Source: Lytechinus pictus (lineage: Eukaryota). Taken from it: DNA of 64,000 nt. A model generated the notes under the pieces. The model was not told the origin of the DNA, did not search any database, and worked only from the letters and a program-made list of their open reading frames with translations. Shown in pieces: positions 37,000-50,073 of the stretch. A program made the translations under genes and the position numbers. Location of the stretch: contig NC_087250.1 in the NCBI RefSeq assembly GCF_037042905.1, positions 27,096,001-27,160,000 of the forward strand. The letters are read 5' to 3'. The number at the start of each line of letters is the position of its first letter. Position 1 is the stretch's first letter.

Positions 37000-39900
37000 T
37001 AGTAGAGCGGATTAGCTCCAAAAATCACAACAATTGTGCAAATTTTGACTAAAGCATAAAACTTTCACAAGTATTAGTATATGCCATAAGATTTATTTTA
37101 AAGATGGGAGGTAAATTTATAAATGCCATTTTCGGCCGTTGCCATGGCAACGGATTAATTTCTCCAAAACAACATACATTCCCATATAAATGGTAAAAAA
37201 ACATGATATAGATGACCACAATGATAATTTTCAGGCTCCCAATTGAATACATATGAAATTTAGAAAGATTCAAGATCATCAAGATAGTTCCAATTGGTCC
37301 GTTGCCATGGCGACGGCTTGTTTTTCCCCAGAAAAATAAACATTTTGATTAAAAAAAGTTGTAGAATATGATATATCTTTAATTTCCCCTAATTTTACAG
37401 TGCTTAACAAAGATATTTTGGTTGCTAAATGTGTAAATTACATCTCAAGCCATTGCCATGGCAACCAAATAACATCTAATTTACAAAAATAACATGGTTG
37501 TCAAGACAATGGATAGGTAAAAAAAAACAATTGGAATTGACTTAATCTGTATGCTTAAGTTTTGACCCCCTCATTTGAACAAAAAATACAAAATTGTTCT
37601 GCAGGAGTTCTTTATAAAGATAAAATATTATGTTGCTTTGGAAATGCTTGAATTGAATTTAAAAAGGAACAATTTTACAAAGGGCCCGTTGCCATGGCAA
37701 CACCTTATTTCCCTCTAGAAAGGTAAAAATATTGATAAAAATGTAAAATACATGTACGGTATGATCATCATTCCATTTTTCCTAATTTCAAGGTACTAAT
37801 CGAGATATGTTTGTGACTAAATTTATAAATATAACATCTTAAGCCATTGCCATGGCAACCAAATAAAATCTAATTTTTTAAAAAAGTGGATGATAAGGTT
37901 AAAAACAGGTGAAAGATACAATGAATATTAACTTAATGTGCATTCGTAAGGTCTGACCTACTCAATTAATTTAGGGGAAAATAATACAGTCAGTGTTCTG
38001 CATGAACTAATTAAAATAATAAACATTGATGTTGCCTTGGTAATACTTGAATTCAACGATAAATATCAATGTTCCAAATGGCCTGTTGCCATAGCAACGG
38101 ATCATTTACCCAAGAACAGTAGCAGTTTTGATTTTTAAAAAGGACTATATAATCTGATTTTTCTTTCATTTCCCTTAACTTTAGGGTAAGAATAGATATG
38201 TTTGCTGTTAACATGCAAATAACATATAAATCCATTGTCATGGCAACCAAGTAACATCTAATTTGAAAAAAATATATAACATGGTTGACATGATAATGGA
38301 CAGGTGGAAAATGCAATTTATAACAATCAACTCAAGGTTTGACCCAGTCATTTAATTTTGAACAAAGATTACAATGTTTCGCATTTATTTAGTTCATTAG
38401 AATGATGAAATTTGAGGTTGCCTTGGTAATGCTTGAAGTTAATGATAAATATCAATGTTGCAAATGGGCCGTTGCCATGGCAACGACTCTTTTTTCCCAA
38501 GAAAAGCACCAAATTTGATCGAAAAACAGTTTAAAATCTGCATTTTGTCATAAATTTCTCCTAATTTTAGGATGCAAAGCATAGATATGTTTGCTGTTGA
38601 TGTACAAATAACTTCAGCCATTGCCATGACAACCAAATAACATCTAATTTCAGTGGCTTAATTTGGTTTCTATGTTTTAAGGGTGAAGTAGTACATTGGG
38701 ACTAGTTACAAGGACAGCCAGTGGTCTGACGTGTCCAAAACCCTAAGACGGCTTCCAAAATTTGAGTTTGAAATGGCTGTTGATATATAAATGGACATAT
38801 AGGTCATTTCCTATCAATCTGAGATATATGATTTTGGTGTCTAGACCATGGTTTCAATGGTCAAATAATACACTATCACAAGTTGAATGGACAGTCAGTT
38901 GTCCATTATATAAAAAAATCCAAGATGGCTTCCAAAAATGGAGTCTAAAATTGCTGTTGCTGCATTAAAAAAGTAGTTTGCTTGATATCCTGGAATATGT
39001 TTATGTCATGGTTAAATGGGTCAAATAATACATTAGGACAAGTAACAAGGACAGTCAGTGGTCGAGTTTGTCCATAAATCCAAGGTAGCTTCCAAAAATG
39101 GAATAGCTCCTGTTACTAACAAATTGACATATTTCGTGTAATATATGTCAGTAAATACATCATGTACATTTGAACAAGTTACAAGGACAGTCCGTAATCC
39201 AGCGTGTCTAAACATCCAAGATGGCTTCCGACAATTGGAGTCTAATCGGAGTCTGTTACTTAAAAATTGACATAGTTCATTTAAAATCCACCAAGAAAAA
39301 ATTATTTTGGTGTTCACACTTTGGTTTCAAGGTTTTAAAAATATGTTTAGACGGGTTACAATGATATCCAGTTGTCCATTTTTTCCTAAAAATCCAAGAG
39401 GATTTTCAAAATGGCATCTAAAATGACTTATATCACTCAGAAATTATCTGAGTTCATACAACATCAACATGTGAGAAACATTTTTGGTGTCTACACTGTG
39501 GTATGAAGGGTCCACTATTACATTAGGACAAGTAACAAGGATGGTTAGTTATCAATTTTGTCCAAAATCCAAGGTAGATTCTAAAATTACATCAATGGGT
39601 GCTGTTGCCAACTCTTACCTGCTTGCATTTTGAATGTAGGCACCAAAATTATTTCTCACAAGTGGATATTACATCCACTTCAAAGTAACAGTTGTCATTT
39701 TAGAACCCATTTATGGAAGCCATCATGGATTTTCAGGCAAAATTGACAATTGTAACCAGTCCCAAAGTATAATTTGATCCTTGAAACCCTATAGTGTAGA
39801 CACCAAAATAATATAACCAGGTGTATTTTTGATGTACTATGTCCATTTTTTAGTAACATTAAAACCCCCATTTTTCAAGCCATCTTTGAATTTTTTGACA

Positions 39901-42900
39901 CAATAATGACACCTGACTGTCCTTTCAACTTGACCAAATGTACAGTATTACTTGACCCTTTAAATACTAGTGTAGACACCAAAATCATATCCCCATAGTA
40001 TATTATTAATGAACTATATTATGTCCATATTGAAGTACCAACAGTCAATTTAGACCCCCTTTTGGAGGCCATCTTGGATTTTTTAACATACCAGTCCACT
40101 GACTGTCCTCGTAACTTGTTCTAATGCATTAAACCATGGTTTTATGATTATGGTTTAGACATCAAAATCATATTCCCCAGACAGATATTGAACAAACTAT
40201 GTCCTAATTTATTATTTGACTCTTGAAAATATGGTTTAGACACCAGAATCACATCTCACAGGCGGATATAGAATGAGCTCTGCCAATTTTTAAGTAACAA
40301 CAGTCAATTTTAGACCCCATTTTGTAAGCCATCTTGCGTTTTTTAACATACCAAACCACCGACTGTCCTTGTAACTTGTCCTAATGCATTACTTGACCCT
40401 TTAAAATATGGTTTAGACACCAAAATCATATTCCCCAGACAGATATTGAACAAACTATGTTTATTTGTAAGCAACATTAGACATTGTTTTATATCTTTTT
40501 TGGAAGCCATCTTGGAATTTTGGACATACAAGACCACCGACTGTCCGTGTAGCTTGTCCTAATGTATTATTCGCCTTTGAAATCATAGTTTAAACACCAA
40601 AATCATATATCACAGGTGAATATAAAATGAGCTATTCCACTTTTAAGTATCAGCAGCCATTTTATAATTATTTTCGGAAGCCATATTGGATTTTCGGACA
40701 TACTTGACTGTCGTTGTAACTTGTCCTAATATTATTAGACTCTTGAAACCAATGATTTAAAGTCAAAATCACTTCCCCTAGGCCAATATGAAATGAGCTA
40801 CGTCCGCTTTAGGTATCAGCAACCATTTTAGATTCAATTTTTTGAAGCCAACTTATGTTTTTGGACATTCCAGACCACTGGCTGTCCCTGTAACTTGGCC
40901 CTATATGTACTATTGATCCTTAATAACCAATGAATAAAAAACAAATTAAAGCCATTTTATCAAGTAATGGATGCGTTTTGGATTTTTAGCCTACGGCAGC
41001 CAGGGAGGGCACCATCTTGGATTTTTCTGTTACCCTGGAGTACTTAATTTTTCTTTTCAACCTTTCAACCAGTAAGGGTATTTTTAAAAATTTAAATATT
41101 TTAATAAGTCTACTTATCATGTAAAATTAGCAGTGAATAGATTATACTTCATGTTGATTAGATTCATAATTATGTTAATTTAAAGAATTATCACAGTATT
41201 TCAAAATCTTCTTCGTCAAAATCTGTAGCGTAATTTTGAGGGGTCCAGATATGATGTATTGAGTAAAATTTATTTTTAAAAGTTGTCAGCTAGCCCAGCG
41301 AAAGAGTAAAACTTTCGAGATTTTTCATTTTTTTTACAAAAATAAAATTTTGTAAAAGATTTTGGGTATAGTATTCGTAAAATAATCATATTTTATCCAT
41401 CTCTCTTTCAGGTTCTCTTTATTTTTTTCTTGGTAATGATTTTTTTTGGGGGGAGTAGGGTTGCAGAATTTCCGGGAATTTTCTTGATGGAATCTTTTCA
41501 TGGGAATAAACGGGAATTTGGTGGGAATTTTTTGAATTTTCGGCAATTTTCAAGAAATGATGGGAATTTTCAAAAAGTAACAATTTTCTGATATATGCAG
41601 AAATTAAAATGCGTACTAGCAGATGATACTTGATAATTCTTTGTCATCAAATTTCGAGCCAAGTATTATGCTAAAACAGTCAGACAAAGCAAAATTTTAA
41701 TGATTTCCATGTAAAAGTTGATTTACTGTATTTACATTGATTAGGAGCTCAAGACCATGTCAACTCCTCAGATAGACTTTTGATTTTGATTTATCAACGC
41801 CTATTATCCCCTTATATATTGATATGATGAACGGCCTTAAAGCACAAATCACACCAAGACGCTTTCTTCAAAATGGCAGCCTGCGAATACTTTGAACGAA
41901 ATTGACCAGCCTCGAAATTAGAGTTTCGGGAATTTATTTGAGCCCAAAAAAGTCTGATATGATTTTTGTAGGTCTTATTCCGATGCCATGTATAATGAAA
42001 TAAGATGGTGCTTATCATTTAGCATGTTTATGTTCAGCACCCTCAAATAAGGGACAAGGAAATAAAATAAACATATTATTTTTTTCAAAATTTGTACTTT
42101 TAAGGGACCATTGGCAACATTGATATTTATCATTATGTTCAAGCATTACCAAATCAACATATCGTAAGAAATCATGCATAACACTTAATGTGATTTTAAA
42201 ATTAAAAGAGTAGGTCAAACCTTACGCATATTAAGTTAATTTTATTGTATTTTCCACCTGTCCATTATCTTGTCAGCCATGTTATTTTTTGGTAAATTAA
42301 ATGTTATTTTATTGCCATGGTAATGCCTTAAGATGTTATTTATACATTAAACAACAGAGATGTACGTGTATGTTTGGCACCCTAAATTTAGTAGAATTGA
42401 ATGAAAAATAAGATTCTACAAGGTATTTTTTTTATCAAAGATGGTATTTTAGGGGGAATAAAATGACCCGTTGCCATGGGAACAGAACATACATTTGTAA
42501 ACATTGATATCAATAGATTCAAGCATATTAAGTTAATTTTATTGTATTTTCCACCTGTCCATTATCTTGTCAGCCATGTTATTTTTTGGGTAAATTATAT
42601 GTTATTTTATTGCCATGGTAATGCCTTAAGATGTTATTTATACATTAACCAACAGAGATGTACGTGTATGTTTGGCACCCTAAACTTAGTAGAATTGAAT
42701 GAAAAATAAGATTCTACAAGGTATTTTTTATCAAAGATGGTATTTTAGGGGGAATAAAATGACCCGTTGCCATGGGAACAGAACACACATTTGTAAACAT
42801 TGATATCAATAAATTCAAGCATTACCAAGGCAACATCAGTTTTTATCATGCTAATGAACTCATGCGGAACACTTACTGTATTTTTTGTTCAAAACTTAAT

Positions 42901-44621
42901 GACTGGTCAAAGTCAAACCTTATGTAGATTAAGTAAATCTTTACGTTACATTCCACCTGTCCATTATCATTACAACTGTGTTAGTTTGTTTTAAAAATTA
43001 TATCTTAATTGGTTGCCATGGCAATGGCTGAAGATGTTATTTATTTATTAACAGCAAGCATATATATGCTTAGCTCCCTAAAATTGGGGCAAATGAAATA
43101 AAAATCAGATTTTACAATTTTTTTGTTTATCAAACATGATACTTTTCTGGGGGGAATGAGCTGTTGCCATGGCAACGGGACATTTGAAACACTAATATTT
43201 ATCATTAAATTCAAGTATTACCAAGGCAACATAATTATCTACTCATACAGAACTCTTACTGAAATTTTTGTTCGAAATTAAATGACCGGCCAAACCTTTC
43301 GCATATTGAGTTATTTGTATTTGTATTTTCCACCTGTCCAAAATCTTGTCATCCAAATCATTATTTTTTAGTATTAGATATTATCTGGTTGCCATGGCAA
43401 TAGCTTCAGATGTTATTTATACATTTTGCATCAAACATATCGATGTTTAGCACACAAAGATTAGGGGAAATGCAAGAAAAATCAGATTCTATAGTCCCTT
43501 TTTTAATCAAAACTGATACTAAATGATCTGTTGCTATGGCAACAGGCCATTTTGAATATTGATATTTATTGTTGAATTCAAGTATTACCAAGGCAACATC
43601 AATGTTTATCATTCTAATTTAGTTCATGCAGAACACTGACTGTATTATTTTCCCCTAAATTAATTGAGTAGGTCAGACCTTACGAATGCACATTAAGTTA
43701 ATATTCATTGTATCTTTCACCTGTTTTTAACCTTATCATCCACTTAAAAAAAAAAATTAGATGTTATTTGGTTGCCATGGCAATGGCTTAAGATGTTATA
43801 TCTATAAAATTTAGTCACAAACATATCTCGATTAGTACCTTGAAATTAGGGAAAATGGAATGATGATCTTACTGTACATGTATTTTACATTTTTATCAAT
43901 ATTTTTACTTTTCTAGAGGGAGATAAGATGTTGCCATGGCAACGGGTCCTTTGCAAAACTGTTTATTTTTAAATTTAATTCAAGCTTTACCAAGGCAACA
44001 TTAATTTTTATCTTTATAAAGAACTCCTGCAGAACACTTTCTGTATTTTTTGCTTCAAATGAGGGGGTCAAATCTTAAGCATACAGATTAAGTTAATTCC
44101 ACTTGTATTTTCCACCTGTCCATTGTCTTGTCAAACATGTTATTTTTGTAAATTAGATGTTATTTGGTTGCCATGGCAATGGCTTGAGATGTAATTTACA
44201 CATTTAGCAACCAAAATATCTTCGATAAGCACTGTAACGTTAGGGGAAATTAAAGATGAATCATATTCTACAACGTTTTTTAATCAAAATTTTTACTTTT
44301 CTGGTGAAAAACAAGCCGTTGCCATGGCAACTGACCAATTGGAACTATCTTGATGATCTTGAATATTTCTAAATTTCATATGTATTCAATTGGGAGCCTG
44401 AAAATTATCATTGTGGTCATCTATATCATGTTTTTTACCATTTATATGGGAATGTATGTTGTTTTGGAGAAATTAATCCGTTGCCATGGCAACGGCCGAA
44501 AATGGCATTTATAAATTTACCTCCCATCTTTAAAATAAATCTTACGGCATATACTAACACTTGTGAAAGTTTCATGCTTTAGTCATAATTTGCACAATTG
44601 TTCGGCTAATCCGCTCTACTA
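37000..44621. mobile_element. 7.6 kb non-autonomous foldback DNA transposon with TAG...CTA ends (Academ-like, inferred)
   Basis: TAGTAGAGCGGATTAGC...GCTAATCCGCTCTACTA, 3 bp duplication ATA, inverted arms over 1 kb, many GTTGCCATGGCAAC copies, no long ORF. Confidence 0.9.
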
Positions 44622-45789
44622 ATATATGCTATTTAGCAATTCCATTGATACACTTCCCATGGACATTGTTTTAGATGACACTAATTTAGAAAGTGTCACA
44701 TTCAATAAATTTCTCGGTGTTACCGTTGATAATAAGCTTCCCTGGAAATACCATATAGATTGTATATGTAAGATTATTTAGCGAAATGTTGGCATTATCA
44801 ATAAACTGAAATATCATTTTTCGTCGTCATCACTTTTAATGCTATATTCTTCCCTGATCTTACCTTACTTGAATTATGGGATACTTGCCTGGGGCAGCAC
44901 CCACCTAACCATTTTAGATATTTATTACTGCAAAAGAAGCCCCTTCGTGTTATTCATAATTCAGCATTTCGTTCACACACTGACCCGCTATTTTTTATAG
45001 CAAATTGCTGAAGATAAGCGACCTATACTTATTTCATTTAGGACAATCATGTTTAAATTTGACAAAAACACCCTTCCACGTGTATTTGATTCTATGTTTC
45101 CTCTTATTTAATCTTGTCATAATTACCCAACTAGGCAATCTAACGAATTTCATTTACCCCGTTTTAGAACTTTATTGGCAAAGAGTACATTTATGTTCGA
45201 TGGCCCTAGATTTTGGATATCCCTCGACAATACAATAACATAAAAAACAGCCCTTCCATACATTCTTAAAAAAAAAAAAAAACGTCTTACCTAAATCCTA
45301 CCGAGGTCTCCATTACTAATTCCCACTCATTATCGTCTCCTCTCAGACTTCAAGTTATTTTTGTTAGTCTTTATCATTTTGTTTTATCCTTTCTTTTCTG
45401 TCGCAATTCGTCCTGATTCTATTTGTTTATTCTCCTTTTGTCGTCCTGTGTTTTTTCCGTTTTATTTTATTCTTGTTTTTGTTTCGTCTTGTTCTGTGGG
45501 TTATCCTGTTCTTTTTAATCTATTCAGTAAATATCCGTAGGCAAATAGCAACCATTGCGTCTCTCTCTTTCTCTCTCTCTCTCCTCTCTTCTCTTCCTTG
45601 AGGGGGGTTCACATTTATACAAGCTATGCTTTTCAGTGAATCTCCCATTTCCACAGATACCTTTCTTCTATCTAAACTACATAATCATAATTTTGTCTAC
45701 AATAACGTTTTGTATTGTATTTATATGTTAATCATCATTAATGTTTTATATCGTAAATATTTGTTATTCTGTTGGAAATCTGAATGTGA

Positions 45790-46895
45790 ATTCTGACACA
45801 ATTGTTAACAAGGCAAAAAGAAAACATAGTAGTACAATCAAAGTTCAAACTTTTCAAACAGTTCATATAGAAATGTAGAAGTCAAATCTATGTGTAAAAT
45901 TTAGGGCCTATATATCATCTTCTTGGAAGGGTTATAACGTATAAGCTCACATTTTAATGAGTCGCCTGAAATTTGAGGCTGCGTAATTTTTTTAACGATT
46001 TTGAATTATTGTCTTGTTGCCTTTCAATCTGCATGTTCATTCAAAGTTTCAAACGTAATAGCTATATATCCTACCTGTGTAACTTCTGTTAAATTAATGA
46101 GAACGTATAAAATGCATTTTGCTTAAAACAACCTCGCTTTTATGCACCATCGAAATTAGAAAGGGCCTAAACATATGCATTTATTAATGGCTCACGAAAT
46201 TACCCGTTATATGCAAATTCACCTATGACATACAGATGAGTGAGATGACATGCTTTCAAAACAAACTTGTTAACTTTAGAAAAATAGGATTAACCGATTT
46301 GGAGAATTATGACGAAAGAAATTTGTCAAATTAAAGTTGATGCGTTACTCAGTTATGTAGAATAGAAATCCCAAGAATATTTGTCTGTGGTATAACTGAC
46401 CTTTGAACTTCTGTTACTTTTTTTTCAGAAAAACTCTGCATAACAATATCAAATGTAGCATTCTGAAATAATTGTTCACTTGGCAAAAAGAAAATATAGT
46501 ACCATCAAAGTTCAATTTTTTTAAACAGTTTTATAACATTCGCTTACATTTTAATGAGTCGCCTGAAATTTGAGGCTGCGTAATTTTTTTTTATACGATT
46601 TTGAATTATTGTGTTGTTAGCCTTCAATCCGCATGTTCATTCAAATTTTTAAATGTACAAGCTGTATATCCAACCTGTTTAACTTCTGTTAAATTAATAA
46701 GAACAGGTATAAAAAAAAACATTGCTTTTATGCTCTATAAAAATTAGAGAGGCCTGAACATATGCATTTATTCATGGCTCATAAAATCACCCGATATATG
46801 CATATTCACCTATCACATACAGATGAGTGAGTTAACTGCTTTCAAAACAGACTTGTCAACTTTAGAAAAAAAGGATTAACTGATTTTGAGAATTG
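45790..46895. repeat. Diverged tandem duplication (~600-670 bp period)
   Basis: ~45790-46310 matches ~46460-46895 with one indel of about 80 bp. Confidence 0.85.
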
Positions 46896-47187
46896 TTTTA
46901 TTTATTTTTTTTTGTTGTTAATCTGTGTTGTCATTTTTTATTGATAATGTATTTGAATAAATGTATCGATTATTTTCTGGAGATATACCGTTTCTTTTGT
47001 CCATGCCCTTATTTAGGGGAGGGGGGGGGGGGGTGACTGTAAAGGTCATCCCCACTTGATTTTTTTTTAAAGGATTTATCCCCCCTCCCCCATCCGCTCA
47101 GGATCGACACCCATGATTATTACTAATGGCATTAAGTTTGATTTTTAATTGTTCCTTCTACAGGTAACCCCAAAGTAGGCAGAAGCC

Positions 47188-47464
47188 ATGACGGAATTTG
47201 ATAATCTCCTGATCAAAGTGGCTAAACAAGTCTTCCTAAACTCGGAAATCGACACATTGGGAAGAGAGCTTGGATTTACTCCTACCGATGTTCAACGTCA
47301 TATAGCAACTAATCTCAAAACACAGAACGTTACTTGGGATGGAACTCTTAACATGCTCCGGGATTGGCGTAAAAGTCAAGAAATTGCAACAGAGAGAGAA
47401 GGTCTGAAGACTGCTCTGAAGAAAGCAGGTCAAATTCGTCTGGCTGATGAACTCTTTCCTCTAA
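47188..47464 (+). CDS. Death-domain exon of a DD-coiled-coil-beta-propeller gene
   Basis: LGRELGF..DVQRH..MLRDWR..LKTALKKAGQIRLADEL death-fold pattern; acceptor TTCTACAG at 47163; in-frame stop before GCCATG; phase-1 donor GTAAGA at 47465. Confidence 0.82.
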
Positions 47465-48037
47465 GTAAGAAAAAAAAATAAAGTGTACAAATCTTATTTA
47501 TTCTGATAAAAAGTTTCAGGCCGCTTTTAAAAATTCATTTCCTGGTATTTTGGTATTAGTACACCGTGCTAATTTATTGTTCTTCTTCTTCTTCTTCCTC
47601 CTTCTCTTCTTCTTCTTCTCAGTCCCTTCTTTTCTTCACCCTTTTTTCTCTTCGTTCCCCTTTTCTTTGCTCCGCCAACGACGGGCCTCTTCTACTATTG
47701 ATCCTTGAAGAAAGAAAATAATTTATTTTCCTAACTTCCCTTCGTAATTCTGTTTAATTCTCAATAAAAATTATCATTTTCTAACTTTTTGTAATGATTT
47801 AATCTTAAGACATCCGGTTAGAGAGGTGTAGTTGTCGAGCACCCGCCTTAGACTGTTAGAAGTTAAAATAGATTGAGTGTTTAAAAAAAAATGGCCCTTC
47901 TTTCTTCTTATCAAGAGAGTAACGTCTTTGAGAAGATAAAAGCACATCCCCTAATTGGCGACCGCTGGGAAATCAGAGGCTAAAACATTCACATTTAAGT
48001 ATTAAATTTAATATTCTTGTTATTTTTTCCGATGTAG

Positions 48038-49617
48038 GTTACTCTGTATCTCAGACTGAAATACATGACAGAGATGTCAAAGCAAAGCGACGCAAAGTCG
48101 AAATTCCTTCTCCGAGTGTCAAAGAAGACGACCAAAAACAACGTGACCGAGACGACACTGGAGACGACATGAGGAAGCAAGTCGATGAGAACATGGACCA
48201 TGATGAGAAACGGGCCATGTTAGAGAAAATTAAACAACCGCGCAAGATAGTTGAATCGAAACTTACGGACCTTTCGAATTCATCAAGTAAGCATCTCGAT
48301 ACAATTAAGGGTGATATACAAGAGACATTGGAAGATATTAAAGGTAATTTTAATGATATAAAACGGAAAAAAAATAAATTGATTAGGGATATTGACAAGG
48401 AGGCAGATAAGGAAATACGAGCAATAAAAGAAAGGCGACAAAAACAGATCGAAGCCTATAAAGGTGAGATAGCACGGGAACAAAAAATAAGCGAAGACAA
48501 ACAAGCTAAATTGTTACCATGCTTGTCAGACACAGATAAAATCAGCGAAATAGTTTCCGACAAGATAATGGATCTTACTGGTAAGATTCCGGATGCTATA
48601 AAGGATAACCAACATGATGAAACATTGGTGAATGAAGCTCCTCAAGTACTTGCATCCATTGATGAAAATTTAAGTTTGAATGTTCATCAAGATGTTAGCA
48701 ACTGCCTTGACCGAATAAAGAGTGAAGTTGAGAGAGTGAAGTTTGTAGAGGGGGAAGTAGGTGGAGAATACTATGGTAGAGTTGATGGGTATATCGGTAA
48801 ATGGGAAATTGCCAAGTCAATCCACATTTCATCGGTTGTTAATAGGCCGCGGGTGCTTGATCTGGTCAGTGATGAAGAAATATGTGTGCAAGACGTACGT
48901 AACAAAGACATGTATATTACAAACATCAACACTCAACACACAGAGAAAGTCATTGATGGAGGTGTGTCGATTACATCTTGTGCGCCCATAGACAGTAACG
49001 TTAAAGTATGTGGTAAGGTGAGAGATTATCGCACGGAAGACAGGTCGGATGTATTCATCACTCTCTATGACAGACAATGGAAGGTGATTAGAGACATCAG
49101 CATACCAAGGGATGGGAAGGGTAATAATGTGTATGTTGGTGTTGACAGGGATGGGATGATCCTCGCTGCTCAGTACAATCGGTCTAATATCTACGTCATC
49201 AATCCTGCTGATGATAAGATAGTAAACGCTATTACGATGCAGGGTAAGGAGGTGATGGGTGGGATACAAGCCTTGTCATCAGGTGATATCGTTGTGAAGA
49301 CAGATAATGATAAATACACTGTCATCTCACGATCAGGAGAAGAGAAGGCTGTCATGCACTGTGATGAGTGGGACTGGTCAGAGTGTCGCGTTGACAAACT
49401 GACAGACACACTCTACATCGCGTACAGGGATGGGGATGAAGCGAGTAATACATACGCAGTTGATCAGGTGTCACGTGATGGTTTCATCCAGGCAAAGAAG
49501 ATCATGAAATACGTGAAATCAGATCGCTCTGACTGGGTCAGCCCTTGTCTTGTTACTCCTTCTGGTAACCTCGTAGGATGTGATGGAGACCAGCTCCTTG
49601 TTTACAAGAAAGTGTAA
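48038..49617 (+). CDS. Linker / coiled-coil / beta-propeller exon (paralogue of 457-2118, no B-box)
   Basis: Acceptor GATGTAG at 48037, phase 1, open to the stop at 49617; spliced product 618 aa. Confidence 0.85.
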
Positions 49618-50073
49618 GTTCCTACCGAATCGTTTTCAGTAACTCATGATATTTCATTCCGCACCAGGCCCGCACTAAAATAGTCATCACCACAAGCATT
49701 CGGTGTGAAGCGCGATTAAAATCTACACATTTGTTCTAGTTTCAAAAAAAAGATATTAGGAAGGGGGCAACGATCCTGTCTGGCAATAAAATCCCCAGTG
49801 CCTCCTACATACTAATGCATGCAAGTGGGAGGGGGGGGGGGGTGGGGGATTCATTTTGACAGAAGGTATAAGTATATGTTAGCTTTCTTATTGCAACAAG
49901 ATTCGTTACTTCCTACATGTAGTAGATCGTTAATGCATCGCGCGATGAAATCTATTGAAAACTTACCCTTAAAATCGGCAATTTGAGCGCTCCTGACGGT
50001 TTTTTAGGGTTATTCCCGTTTAATACCCTCTTTTCAAAGTTTCATTTCCCCAATGTTTTTGTATGTTCTCTAC

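Larger units (their letters stand above)
34520..45780 (+). mobile_element. Decayed L2/CR1-group LINE split by three insertions
   Basis: PWIS, QFGFR, FLDFSKAFDTI, GFPQGS, LFADD; resumes YTLVNTVNNEL..WIKSNKL (36398), LNLLTTRY (~36976), MLFSN..KFLGVTVD..LNYGILAWG (44625 onward). Outer boundaries approximate. Confidence 0.88.

Noticed and set aside
42227..42810. Near-exact ~297 bp tandem duplication
   Set aside because: Internal subrepeat expansion of the foldback element, or an assembly stutter; not a separate feature.
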